Of a stretch of 64,000 nucleotides of DNA, positions 44,369 to 52,788 are shown in pieces. The DNA is from Candidatus Saccharibacteria bacterium UBA6824 (GTDB lineage Bacteria; Patescibacteriota; Saccharimonadia; Saccharimonadales; UBA10212), in assembly GCA_002452155.1 (NCBI GenBank), contig DKEK01000003.1:9851-73850 (forward strand). The letters run 5' to 3'. Numbering within the stretch: the first letter of the stretch is position 1; each line of letters opens with the position of its first letter. The position numbers were made by a program, and so were the translations under genes. A model generated the notes under the pieces. It saw only the letters and a list, made by a program, of their open reading frames with translations. It ran no database searches and was not told the DNA's origin.

Positions 44369-45345
44369 TCTTTCTTTTTAGCTTCTATCTCGAGGTCGTT
44401 TTTGACCATCATTTTTATAAGTTCCGGGAAGCTCACTTTCGGTTCCCAGCCTAGAACTTTTTTGGCTTTAGAATAGTCGCCGGTGAGCACATCTACTTCG
44501 GCCGGACGCATAAAGCGTTCGTCCTGCTTAATGTAGGGTTTCCAGTCTTTAATGCCTACCTCTGCGAAAGCTAGGTCAAAAAGGTCTTTGATGGAATGAG
44601 TCTCGCCAGTAGCTATAACGTAATCATCGGGCTTGTCTTGCTGAAGCATCAACCACATTGCCCGTACATAATCGCCCGAATATCCCCAGTCCCGCTTAGA
44701 ATCAAAATTGCCAAAGGCCAGTTCTTTTTGCAGACCCAGCTTAACGCGGGCGGCAAAACGAGTAGCTTTCCGGGTCACGAACTCATAACCTCGACGGGGT
44801 GATTCATGATTGAACAAAATGCCGCTACAGGCAAACATGTCGTAGCTTTCGCGGTAATTAAGAGTTATATAGTGGGCGTATACTTTGGCCACGCCGTAGG
44901 GACTGCGGGGATGAAAAGGTGTTAGTTCGGTCTGTGGTGTTTCACGAACTTTACCGAACATCTCGCTGGAAGAGGCTTGATAGTATTTAATCTTTTTGGC
45001 TTTATCAGCTATCCTTATGGCTTCCAGCATACGCATGGCACCCAAGCCCGTAATATTACCGGTTAGTTCGGGTTGCTTGAAAGATAGCGCCACAAAACTC
45101 ATGGCCCCAAGGTTATAAACTTCATCCGGCTCGGAGTAAACCAATGCTTCAACTAGTGAGCTAATGTCGGCTAAGTCGCCTTCAATTAGCTCAACTTTGG
45201 GTATTTCTTGCTCGACAATAAGCCGTTTAGGATTATTTTGGCCCCGGATCAGACCAAAGACCAGGTAGCCTTTGTCCAGTAAAAATTCTGCAAGGTACAT
45301 ACCGTCTTGGCCGGTTATACCAGTAATAAGCGCTCGTTTAGCCAT
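44365..45345 (-). CDS. gmd: GDP-mannose 4,6-dehydratase
   Basis: [66 protein letters not shown]. Confidence 0.9.
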   Translation of the reverse strand: MAKRALITGITGQDGMYLAEFLLDKGYLVFGLIRGQNNPKRLIVEQEIPKVELIEGDLADISSLVEALVYSEPDEVYNLGAMSFVALSFKQPELTGNITGLGAMRMLEAIRIADKAKKIKYYQASSSEMFGKVRETPQTELTPFHPRSPYGVAKVYAHYITLNYRESYDMFACSGILFNHESPRRGYEFVTRKATRFAARVKLGLQKELAFGNFDSKRDWGYSGDYVRAMWLMLQQDKPDDYVIATGETHSIKDLFDLAFAEVGIKDWKPYIKQDERFMRPAEVDVLTGDYSKAKKVLGWEPKVSFPELIKMMVKNDLEIEAKKKD

Positions 45346-45425
45346 TTGGTGTTCCTATTTACTAGTAATCTATTATACCAGCGTATGCCTGCCAAGAAGT
45401 AGATAATTGGGGTAAACTTTAAGTT

Positions 45426-46520
45426 ATGTCTACGAAGATAGTAATTGATGCTCGTGAGTCTGGGACAGGTACTGGACGCTACATAGACAAACTAATCGAG
45501 TACTTGCATAAGCTTAAGCCTGATTTCGAAATAGTTGTATTGACCAAGTCTGGGCGGATTGAGTTCATGAAAGCTGCCGCGCCTAGCTTTGAAGTGGTGG
45601 AATCTAACTATAAAGAATTTACTTTTGCCGAGCAGATTGGCTTTTTGCGACAACTCAATGGCCTAAAAGCCGACTTGGTGCATTTTGGTATGACCCAGCA
45701 ACCTATTTTATACCGCGGCAAGGCTGTAACCACCATTCACGACCTAACAACCGCACGTTTTACTAACCCCATCAAAAACTGGCTGGTTTTTAAGTTTAAG
45801 CAGCAGATGTATAAATTGGTCATAAGGCGCGTCGCCAAAAAATCTGTAATGTTATTAACTTCAAGCGAATATGTAAAACGTGATGTCGCACAATTCGCTA
45901 GACTGCCGGCCAATAAAATTGTCGTAGTTTATGAAGCGGCTGATAAAATTACGGCTCCAGTTGAACCAATCGTTTCTTTAAGTGGTAAACAATTTATCAT
46001 GTATGTCGGCCGAGCTCAGCCGCACAAAAATCTAAGGCTGGCTGTTGACGCCTTTGCGGAGCTCAAAAAAGATTATCCCCGGTTACATCTAGTTTTAGTC
46101 GGCAAGCTCGACGATAGCTATCGTCTACTGCAGAAGTACGTTCGAGACAGAGGCGTAGAACAAGTTGTATTTACAGATTTTGTCAGCGAGGGGGAGCTTC
46201 GGTGGCTATATGAAAATGCCCGGGCCTATGTGTTCCCTTCGCTATCCGAAGGCTTTGGCCTGCCCGGTTTGGAAGCCTTGGCCCATGGCCTACCTCTCGT
46301 GTCCAGCCAGGCTAGCTGTTTGCCAGAGATTTATGGTGATGCGGCTCTATATTTTGATCCCAAGGACACAGACGATATAGCTCAAAAGGTTAAGGCTGTG
46401 CTTCAGAACCCCCAGATCGCTGAGAAACTGCGTACAGTCGGCCCTAAGCAGGCCGCTAAGTACTCCTGGCAACGAACAGCCAAGCAGACACTCGAGGTCT
46501 ATAGCAAAGTATTAGGCTAG
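45426..46520 (+). CDS. GT4-family glycosyltransferase
   Basis: The block AYVFPSLSEGFGLPGLEALAHGLPLVSSQASCLPEI is present. Confidence 0.8.
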   Translation: MSTKIVIDARESGTGTGRYIDKLIEYLHKLKPDFEIVVLTKSGRIEFMKAAAPSFEVVESNYKEFTFAEQIGFLRQLNGLKADLVHFGMTQQPILYRGKAVTTIHDLTTARFTNPIKNWLVFKFKQQMYKLVIRRVAKKSVMLLTSSEYVKRDVAQFARLPANKIVVVYEAADKITAPVEPIVSLSGKQFIMYVGRAQPHKNLRLAVDAFAELKKDYPRLHLVLVGKLDDSYRLLQKYVRDRGVEQVVFTDFVSEGELRWLYENARAYVFPSLSEGFGLPGLEALAHGLPLVSSQASCLPEIYGDAALYFDPKDTDDIAQKVKAVLQNPQIAEKLRTVGPKQAAKYSWQRTAKQTLEVYSKVLG

Positions 46521-46545
46521 TCCGACGCTTTGACTCTGTGGCGGG

Positions 46546-47010
46546 TTACGGAGAAGGCTTGGGAATGATAATCCCGAGAGTCAGCTGGCTGGCTTGGCTG
46601 CCTTCGAAGGTCACTGTATATGTTTTATCGCCACCGAACTTAATATCAACTGTATTGTCACCGGTGCGAATAGATCCAGTAGCGACCGTGGTCGTACTGG
46701 TGACAAAGGCTAACTGCCCATCACCGTCACTTTTGATTTTCAAACGTAGGATTGTACCTGGTTTGACCAAGTATGTACTAGGGGGTTGAGTAACTTTACC
46801 ACCGGCTACGGTAATCACGGGAACTTCAGCTAATTGGCCCGGGGGGCCAGTGTAATCACCCAAACTGACAGACTGAACTGCGGCGGCAGGGATTGGAGTA
46901 GTGGTCTCTACTGCTTTGTGGTGCTTAGCTAAAAAGACTATGCCGAACGTGGTAAGCAAACTTGCAAGCACAATTATGATAGCGGCGGAAGTGAAGCGGG
47001 GTTTTGACAT
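46546..47010 (-). CDS. membrane-anchored secreted beta-rich protein, unknown function
   Basis: N-terminal anchor AAIIIVLASLLTTFGIVFLA, then a ~110-aa beta-sandwich-like sequence. Confidence 0.45.
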   Translation of the reverse strand: MSKPRFTSAAIIIVLASLLTTFGIVFLAKHHKAVETTTPIPAAAVQSVSLGDYTGPPGQLAEVPVITVAGGKVTQPPSTYLVKPGTILRLKIKSDGDGQLAFVTSTTTVATGSIRTGDNTVDIKFGGDKTYTVTFEGSQASQLTLGIIIPKPSP

Positions 47011-47040
47011 TGTGCTCCTACGCTAACACGAAAGAGGCGC

Positions 47041-47068
47041 TCTTGCGAGCGCCTCTTTAATTTCTCCG
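47041..47068 (-). terminator. rho-independent terminator after the 241-aa surface protein gene
   Basis: AAAGAGGCGCTC TTGC GAGCGCCTCTTT is a perfect 12-bp stem with T/A runs on both sides. Confidence 0.7.
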
Positions 47069-47103
47069 TAGTACCTTTGGAGAACCATCCGAACTTTTTA
47101 TTT

Positions 47104-47829
47104 TTACTGGATGACCATGTAGTTCCAAGCCGGAGTTACCGTGCTAGTAGCGGCAGCGGCTGTAATCGTAAAGGTCGTTGTGCTAGAGCTGACGAAAGGT
47201 AGAGCAGCCGCAGTTGCAGCGCTAAGGTTAGCAGCCGTAATGACGACTACGGGGGCGTTAGTAGCATAGGCCCGACTGAAGGTCACAACAAAGCTACCAG
47301 CTTGTGCTGTCGTACCGGCACCAGTGACTGTACCTTTGGTGTCAGTACCCACAACCGTACAGGTTGGAGTAGTGGCGGTCATTGTCGACACACATGTTGG
47401 GACTGCTGACTGTATAGAGGTCAAGTGGGCACCTACTGTGCTGGTGTTACCAAAAGTAACGGTAGCACCATTAACCGTTAAGTTACCACCAATGACTGCC
47501 TGACCGGCAGTTTGTAATTGACCTGATAGGATTGTTGACTGAGGCGCATCTATGAATAGGTAGTCATCCGTAGCAATGTGCAGCTGACTATCATCCAAGA
47601 CTCGGCTGGCGCCCTTATTAAGGTCGATTACATTGAGCACCTGGCCTGCGGCAAAATTCCATAGGTTGTCGGTGAACGTTGATGCGGCCATTGCCGGCGC
47701 AAGGCTCAATCCGATTAATGCCAATGCCGAACCTAAGCCGGCTGTGATGGTCTTTTTACTAAATGTTTTTACTCTCACGTTAATATTCTCCCGCTTTAAG
47801 CGCCGGGGCTTTTTATACCCCTTCAACAC
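47104..47829 (-). CDS. secreted Thr/Ala/Val-rich surface protein, unknown function
   Basis: Signal peptide ITAGLGSALALIGLSLAPAMA, low-complexity T/A/V beta-rich body, two Cys (PTCVSTMTATTPTCTV), and a dedicated terminator. Confidence 0.55.
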   Translation of the reverse strand: MLKGYKKPRRLKRENINVRVKTFSKKTITAGLGSALALIGLSLAPAMAASTFTDNLWNFAAGQVLNVIDLNKGASRVLDDSQLHIATDDYLFIDAPQSTILSGQLQTAGQAVIGGNLTVNGATVTFGNTSTVGAHLTSIQSAVPTCVSTMTATTPTCTVVGTDTKGTVTGAGTTAQAGSFVVTFSRAYATNAPVVVITAANLSAATAAALPFVSSSTTTFTITAAAATSTVTPAWNYMVIQ

Positions 47830-47999
47830 TTGTTATTTGATGAGCTCACCTATCATTCTTATGCTTAAGGACTTTTATGTCAACTTGAATGGCGGGCATT
47901 TATCCACAACCAGAGCCCTGTTACAGATGGTTATAGCTGATAGACAGCTGGGGGGTTAAGCTAAATCTCAGCTTGCCACCCCTAGAATGATAACCGTAC

Positions 48000-48617
48000 A
48001 TGGTTTTTCGTAAAAAAAGATCAAGGGTGGTTGCGCTGGTAGTAGCCGCGTTTTTGTTGTTTGTCGGCGGCTGGCTAGTATTTAAGCCGTCGCGCAACAA
48101 CGCCATCTCTACCGCCACCACACCGGTTACCGGCCAGACCAGCCTGGCGACGCCGGCCGCTACGGCAACGGACCCGGTTAAGCTGGACAGTGTCGAAACA
48201 GCTGATTTTAAATACGTAAAGCCTAGCGGTTGGGCCGAGATTTCGACAAAAACTCTAGAGTCTACGGGGGCCGCCAGTGGTATCGGCCGGCCGACCGATC
48301 CGGTTGCCACCTTTAGTATTAAAGTCAGTAATGCCATTCCTAAAGATAGTAACGATTTAAAGAACTCAACCTTAAACGAGCTAAAGAAATTTACCAACTT
48401 CCAGCTGCTATCGGACGCCGATACCAAGGTGGACGGCCAGGCCGACCAAAAGTTTACTTATACCTTTACTAGCGGCAGTAATAAGATCACTCAGCAAATG
48501 AATGTTATCCCTTACAAGCAAAAAACTTTCTTCTTACTATTTCACAGCACGACGGCCGATTTCGACAAGCAAACGAGCGATTTCGCCGGAATTTTATCGA
48601 ACTTCCATTTTAAATAA
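48000..48617 (+). CDS. membrane-anchored extracytoplasmic protein (PsbP/DcrB-like fold suspected)
   Basis: Anchor VVALVVAAFLLFVGGWLVF, an S/T/A linker, and a ~140-aa alpha/beta domain. The antisense ORF 47921-48427 is judged to be a shadow. Confidence 0.5.
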   Translation: MVFRKKRSRVVALVVAAFLLFVGGWLVFKPSRNNAISTATTPVTGQTSLATPAATATDPVKLDSVETADFKYVKPSGWAEISTKTLESTGAASGIGRPTDPVATFSIKVSNAIPKDSNDLKNSTLNELKKFTNFQLLSDADTKVDGQADQKFTYTFTSGSNKITQQMNVIPYKQKTFFLLFHSTTADFDKQTSDFAGILSNFHFK

Positions 48618-48645
48618 GATTGGCATAGTGGGTTCCTGCGGAGCG

Positions 48646-49170
48646 CTAGTCTTCTTCTGAGGGTGGACCGCTGGTCGGCCTAAGCACAATGTGGCGCTCC
48701 CTTCCCTCGCCGATTGACTCGGTCTGCAGGCCATAGTCTGTGGCTGCCTGGTGGACTACCCGGCGGTCGGCAGCGTTCATCGGCTGCAAGTTTTTGGCTT
48801 TACCGCTGCCTTTTACCTCGCGGAACCACTGCTCGGCGGCTTTAACCAGTCGCTCAGCCCGGTGCTTTTTATAATCGGCGACGTCGACGTTGACTCGGCT
48901 GCAGCTGAAGTTTTGGTTTTTGAGGGCCGTCGAAACCAGGTACTGCAGGGCCCGTACCGTATCGCCGCGCTGGCCAATCAAAAAGCCGTTGAGGTGGGTG
49001 CTGGGGACGTTAAGCTCGATGACCTCGTGGTCCTCGGTGGTGGCATACACATCCGTGTTAAGACCAAAAAAAGACAGCAGATCTTCGAGATATTTTTTGG
49101 CGTATAGAATCGCTTCTTCTATATCTTCCTCGGGCACTGTAGCCGCACCGGTCTGTTTGTCGTCTGCCAT
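48646..49170 (-). CDS. jag: Jag/KhpB RNA-binding protein (KH + R3H domains)
   Basis: R3H block NAADRRVVHQAATDYGLQTESIGEGRERHIVLRP. Conserved position downstream of yidC with a 1-nt overlap. Confidence 0.85.
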   Translation of the reverse strand: MADDKQTGAATVPEEDIEEAILYAKKYLEDLLSFFGLNTDVYATTEDHEVIELNVPSTHLNGFLIGQRGDTVRALQYLVSTALKNQNFSCSRVNVDVADYKKHRAERLVKAAEQWFREVKGSGKAKNLQPMNAADRRVVHQAATDYGLQTESIGEGRERHIVLRPTSGPPSEED

Positions 49171-50093
49171 TACCTTTTCCTCCGCCGGTTTTTCTTAGCG
49201 GCGCGTTTTTTGTTTTTTGCCTGTCTGGCCGGCGGGGGTTTATCGGATGACCGACTGACCACTACAGCGGCACTTTCGGCTACGTGCTCAGCCTCGACGA
49301 CGTCCTCCTTAAGAATCTTGCGCTGCTGGATAAGGGCCACGGCGCTGCTAACCAGCCAATAAAGCGGCAGGGCAGCCGCAAACTGGAGACCAAAAATAAA
49401 GACAAAGAATGGTATCAAAAACAAAGTGCCGCGACCGACGGCGGCATTGACTTCGGACTGGTCGGCCTTCTTGCCCTGGCCGGCGTCGGACAGGATTTTT
49501 TTGAGGCTTCTGGCATCTTTGCCGCTCGGCATTAACTGCTTGCTTTGAATAAATTGGACGACAGCCGACAAAACTACAAGTACCAGTGCCGGCGGATAAA
49601 GGCCCTTTGACCCCAGCGCCGAACGGCTAAGGTCAACTAGTCCAAACAGCGAGTTATCGAACTGGTGGATATTATTCGCTAGCTGATTGAGCCAGCCAAA
49701 GTGTAAAAAGGAGTAGGAAAAGTTAATCAGCACGTGCGGGTCTTTGATAATTTTTTGCAGTCCAATATAAAGACCAATCAAAATTGGTGCCTGCACCAGC
49801 ACAATGCCAAGACTGGCGAACGGATTGATTTGTTTTTCTTTGTAAAGTTCCATGGTCAGTTTTGATTCTTGCTGACGGTCGCCGGCGGCCGCGGCTTTGA
49901 TTTTTTTAAGTTCCGGTGCCAGGTCACGGATGGCCTTGGCGTGGTGCAGCTGCTTTTTGACCAGCGGCCACATCAAAAGCCGGACAACGATAGTAAAGAC
50001 AATTATAGCCAGGCCAAAATTGTGGCCCGGTATCAGGTTATAGATTAAAACCAGTAAATTGAAGATTGGCTGGACGATGATGGTCGTAAACAT
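49170..50093 (-). CDS. yidC: membrane protein insertase YidC (short, Gram-positive type)
   Basis: LAIIVFTIVVRLLMWPLVKKQ, ELYKEKQINPFASLGIVLVQAPILIGLY, and a basic C-terminal tail KNKKRAAKKNRRRKR. Confidence 0.9.
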   Translation of the reverse strand: MFTTIIVQPIFNLLVLIYNLIPGHNFGLAIIVFTIVVRLLMWPLVKKQLHHAKAIRDLAPELKKIKAAAAGDRQQESKLTMELYKEKQINPFASLGIVLVQAPILIGLYIGLQKIIKDPHVLINFSYSFLHFGWLNQLANNIHQFDNSLFGLVDLSRSALGSKGLYPPALVLVVLSAVVQFIQSKQLMPSGKDARSLKKILSDAGQGKKADQSEVNAAVGRGTLFLIPFFVFIFGLQFAAALPLYWLVSSAVALIQQRKILKEDVVEAEHVAESAAVVVSRSSDKPPPARQAKNKKRAAKKNRRRKR

Positions 50094-50265
50094 AAAAACG
50101 AGGCTCCTACTTCTGCTCTAATATACCACAGAGGTGGGAGCGGCTGTTCACCATTTACTATTTACCGTTTACCGTGCGTTGACCGTGATCCCTTTACCAT
50201 GATTTAAGTGTTCATGGAAATATATTGTGAATGGTGAACAGTTAACGGTTAATGGCAGCTGCCGG

Positions 50266-50625
50266 TTACTTAATCCGCTTAGCCAATATACCGGCAGCTG
50301 CGAGCTGTTTTTTGACCTGTCGGTCCAGTAACTCCGCCGGTTCGTCGGTTACCGAACTGTGATAAACGCTCAGAACAATGTCGTATGGCTGGATAATGTC
50401 CGCTTCAAGACGGCGGACAGATTCGTACAGCCGACGCCGGATGCGGTTACGGGCGACGGCCGATTTGCTGACTTTTTTGCTAACCACGACTGCCAAGCGG
50501 TAGCTGTCGCGTTTGGGGTTCCTCATGGTCTTTAGCGCAAACAGCGGCCCGCGTACTGTCGTACCATTCTTATAAACATACTTTAAGCTGCCATAACCAT
50601 GGAAACGGTGACGTCTTGAAATCAT
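50266..50625 (-). CDS. rnpA: ribonuclease P protein component
   Basis: The RNR motif AVARNRIRRRL, the 119-aa size, and the position downstream of rpmH. Confidence 0.85.
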   Translation of the reverse strand: MISRRHRFHGYGSLKYVYKNGTTVRGPLFALKTMRNPKRDSYRLAVVVSKKVSKSAVARNRIRRRLYESVRRLEADIIQPYDIVLSVYHSSVTDEPAELLDRQVKKQLAAAGILAKRIK

Positions 50626-50631
50626 AATAAT

Positions 50632-50691
50632 AGCTTAAAGCCAAAAGCTTGAAGCTGAAAGCTTTCGGCTAAGGACTTTTAGCTTTTAGCT
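50632..50691. repeat. AAAGC-rich hairpin element, copy A (related copy at 63920-63994)
   Basis: AGCTTAAAGCCAAAAGCTTGAAGCTGAAAGC TTTCGGCTAAGGACTTTTAGCTTTTAGCT. The arms pair when G-U pairs are allowed, e.g. AGCUGAAAGC with GCUUUUAGCU. Confidence 0.6.
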
Positions 50692-50827
50692 AATGTGTTA
50701 GTCGTGTTCTTCCTTTGGCGCGACGGTTTTTTAACACCCGGCGTCCAGCGCGTGAAGCCATCCGTTTCATGAAACCGTGTTCGCGACTGCGCTGGCGCTT
50801 TTTGGGTTGGTAAGTTCGTTTCGGCAT
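50690..50827 (-). CDS. rpmH: 50S ribosomal protein L34
   Basis: Below the ORF-track cutoff. My translation is [45 protein letters not shown]. Confidence 0.92.
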   Translation of the reverse strand: MPKRTYQPKKRQRSREHGFMKRMASRAGRRVLKNRRAKGRTRLTH

Positions 50828-51157
50828 GCCCTTACTTTACCACAGAGCCGGGGCTCTGGCCGGGCTGAAAAATGCTAAAAATACTTAACAAGTCAAGTAT
50901 TTTTGAGTTCAGTCCCTCAGACTGTCGGGCTACGTAGAATTCACAATGAAAACCCACAAAACATTCATAGTTATCCACTTAAGTTCACCTTTTTTCCACA
51001 CTTTAACAGATGGACCTGCATCCTGTGTATAACTTATCACCTACGGCTGCTGCGGCTGCGCAGACTGTAGTAATTTGTTACAAGGCTGTGGAAAACCAGG
51101 CTGGACTGGGGTATATTGATTAGACAAAAGGCGTTAAAGCGGGGGTCCAAAAAATAC
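50828..51157. other. oriC, left part (rpmH-dnaA intergenic) with DnaA-box-like 9-mers
   Basis: TTATCCACt at 50971-50979, TTtTCCACA at 50992-51000, TGTGtATAA at 51024-51032, and TTATCAC at 51034-51040. The first three are each 8/9 to TTATCCACA or its complement. Confidence 0.6.
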
Positions 51158-52543
51158 ATGCAGGAGAGCACTCTCTGGCAGGCAGTACTAGGCGAAATTG
51201 AGCTTAGTGTAAGTCGAGGTAATTTTGTGACCTGGTTCAAAAACACCCAGCTGATCCGCTACAAAGACGAGGTAGCGGTAGTCGGCGTAGCTAATATCTT
51301 TGTCAAGAACCAATTGGAGAATAAGTTTAATAGCCTGGTCATTGAGACACTGACCAAAAACGGCATCACGCCCAGCCGCGTCGAATATAAAATCCACACC
51401 GGTATTTCGCCACAAATTAAGCGCTTAGAGTCAGATGTTTTGAGGAACCAGGCTGTGGGCCCAAGCCAAACCAGGCAAAGCCCCCGGCAAAGAGCCACTA
51501 TTGGCGGCGTGACGCACAGTTACCGCCAGGGCCTAAACGACCGCTACAGCTTCGAAAACTTTGTGGTCGGTGCCGGCAACGAACTAGCCTATGCGGCCTG
51601 CCAGGCTATATGCCAAAAACCCGGCAGTAAATATAACCCGCTCTTTATATATGGCGGTGTGGGTATTGGTAAGACCCATTTGATCCAGGCGGTCGGCAAC
51701 GCTATTTTAGCGGCCAAACCAAACGCCCGGATTGTCTATGCTTCTACCGAGCAGTTTGTCCAGGAATTCGTCGACAGCCTACGGATTAAGAAAAATACCA
51801 GCGATTTTGCCAGCTTCTACCGCGGCTCGGACGTATTAATCGTTGACGACGTCCAGTTTTTAGCCGGCAAAGAAAGGGTCCAGGACGAATTCTTCCATAC
51901 CTTTAACACCCTTTACCAGGCCAACAAACAAATCATTATGAGCAGCGACAAGCCGCCGAAAGATATCCCGACGCTCGAAGAGCGCCTGCGCAGCCGTTTT
52001 GCCTGGGGTATGACCATCGACATGCAGACGCCGGATTTTGAAACCCGCTGTGCTATCTTGCAGAGTAAAGCCGGCGGCCAAGGCATAAACCTAAACCAGG
52101 CTGTGACCGAAGCTCTAGCCACCCGGGCCAGTAGCAATATCCGCGAACTAGAGGGCGCCCTTAACCAGCTACTGGCGTGGTGCGAAATGCGCGGCGTTGA
52201 GCCTGATATCGCTGTAGTTTCGGCTATGTTCGAGAGTGACAAAGCCCGGCCCAAACATATAAGCGCCCGCCAAATTATCGAACGTACAGCCCGGCATTTC
52301 CATATATCCATGGAGGATATCCTCGGTCCTAAACGCGATAAGGATATCGTGGTGCCGCGTCAAATTGCCATGTATATGCTTAGGTCGGAGTTACATTTAT
52401 CATATCCAAAGATCGCCCACGAGCTCGGCCGCAAAGACCACACTACCGCCATCCACTCGATTGACAAGATCGAGAAAGAGTTGGGTTACGATGGTTCCAT
52501 TAAACAATATGTAAGCGAACTAAAAGAGAGGCTGTACGCTTAA
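51158..52543 (+). CDS. dnaA: chromosomal replication initiator DnaA
   Basis: AAA+ Walker A YGGVGIGKTHL, Walker B VLIVDDVQFL, and C-terminal DNA-binding block GRKDHTTAIHSIDKIE. Start is set at the ATG at 51158 (MQESTLWQAVLGEIE) rather than the track's 51116. Confidence 0.93.
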   Translation: MQESTLWQAVLGEIELSVSRGNFVTWFKNTQLIRYKDEVAVVGVANIFVKNQLENKFNSLVIETLTKNGITPSRVEYKIHTGISPQIKRLESDVLRNQAVGPSQTRQSPRQRATIGGVTHSYRQGLNDRYSFENFVVGAGNELAYAACQAICQKPGSKYNPLFIYGGVGIGKTHLIQAVGNAILAAKPNARIVYASTEQFVQEFVDSLRIKKNTSDFASFYRGSDVLIVDDVQFLAGKERVQDEFFHTFNTLYQANKQIIMSSDKPPKDIPTLEERLRSRFAWGMTIDMQTPDFETRCAILQSKAGGQGINLNQAVTEALATRASSNIRELEGALNQLLAWCEMRGVEPDIAVVSAMFESDKARPKHISARQIIERTARHFHISMEDILGPKRDKDIVVPRQIAMYMLRSELHLSYPKIAHELGRKDHTTAIHSIDKIEKELGYDGSIKQYVSELKERLYA

Positions 52544-52788
52544 ATGAATAGTTGTGGAAAGTTAGTGCACAAGCTGGGTGCTCGACTTGTACAAGTCGAG
52601 TGTTTGTACTCGCTTTGCACAGACGCTGGGTTGAGTGGCCGGTTTTTTGTACGCAGGCTATCCACAGACACGCCAGGCTTTAGCACAGTTTATGCAAGTC
52701 GGTTTTGGAAGAATCGGTCTGTTGGGCTTAGTTGTGCTCATTATACACAAGCCCTATGTCTACAAATTAATATAGAAAGTTATTAGTA
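52544..52788. other. oriC, right part (dnaA-dnaN intergenic): DnaA-box-like 9-mers plus AT-rich stretch
   Basis: TGTGGAAA at 52553-52560, cTATCCACA at 52658-52666, TTATaCACA at 52741-52749, then AAATTAATATAGAAAGTTATTAGTAA immediately before dnaN. Confidence 0.6.

Noticed and set aside
47921-48427. 168-aa minus-strand ORF overlapping the 48000-48617 gene; similar antisense ORFs occur throughout (e.g. 35062-35319, 36072-36431, 59860-60345, 51913-52311).
   Set aside because: They lie antisense to, or out of frame with, ORFs that have clear signal peptides or conserved motifs. Their translations are low-complexity and lack start context.
52544-52786. 80-aa ORF filling the dnaA-dnaN spacer; similarly ORF 51037-51246 in the rpmH-dnaA spacer.
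   Set aside because: The regions carry DnaA-box-like 9-mers and an AT-rich tract, with no RBS and no recognisable protein features. They are better explained as oriC.
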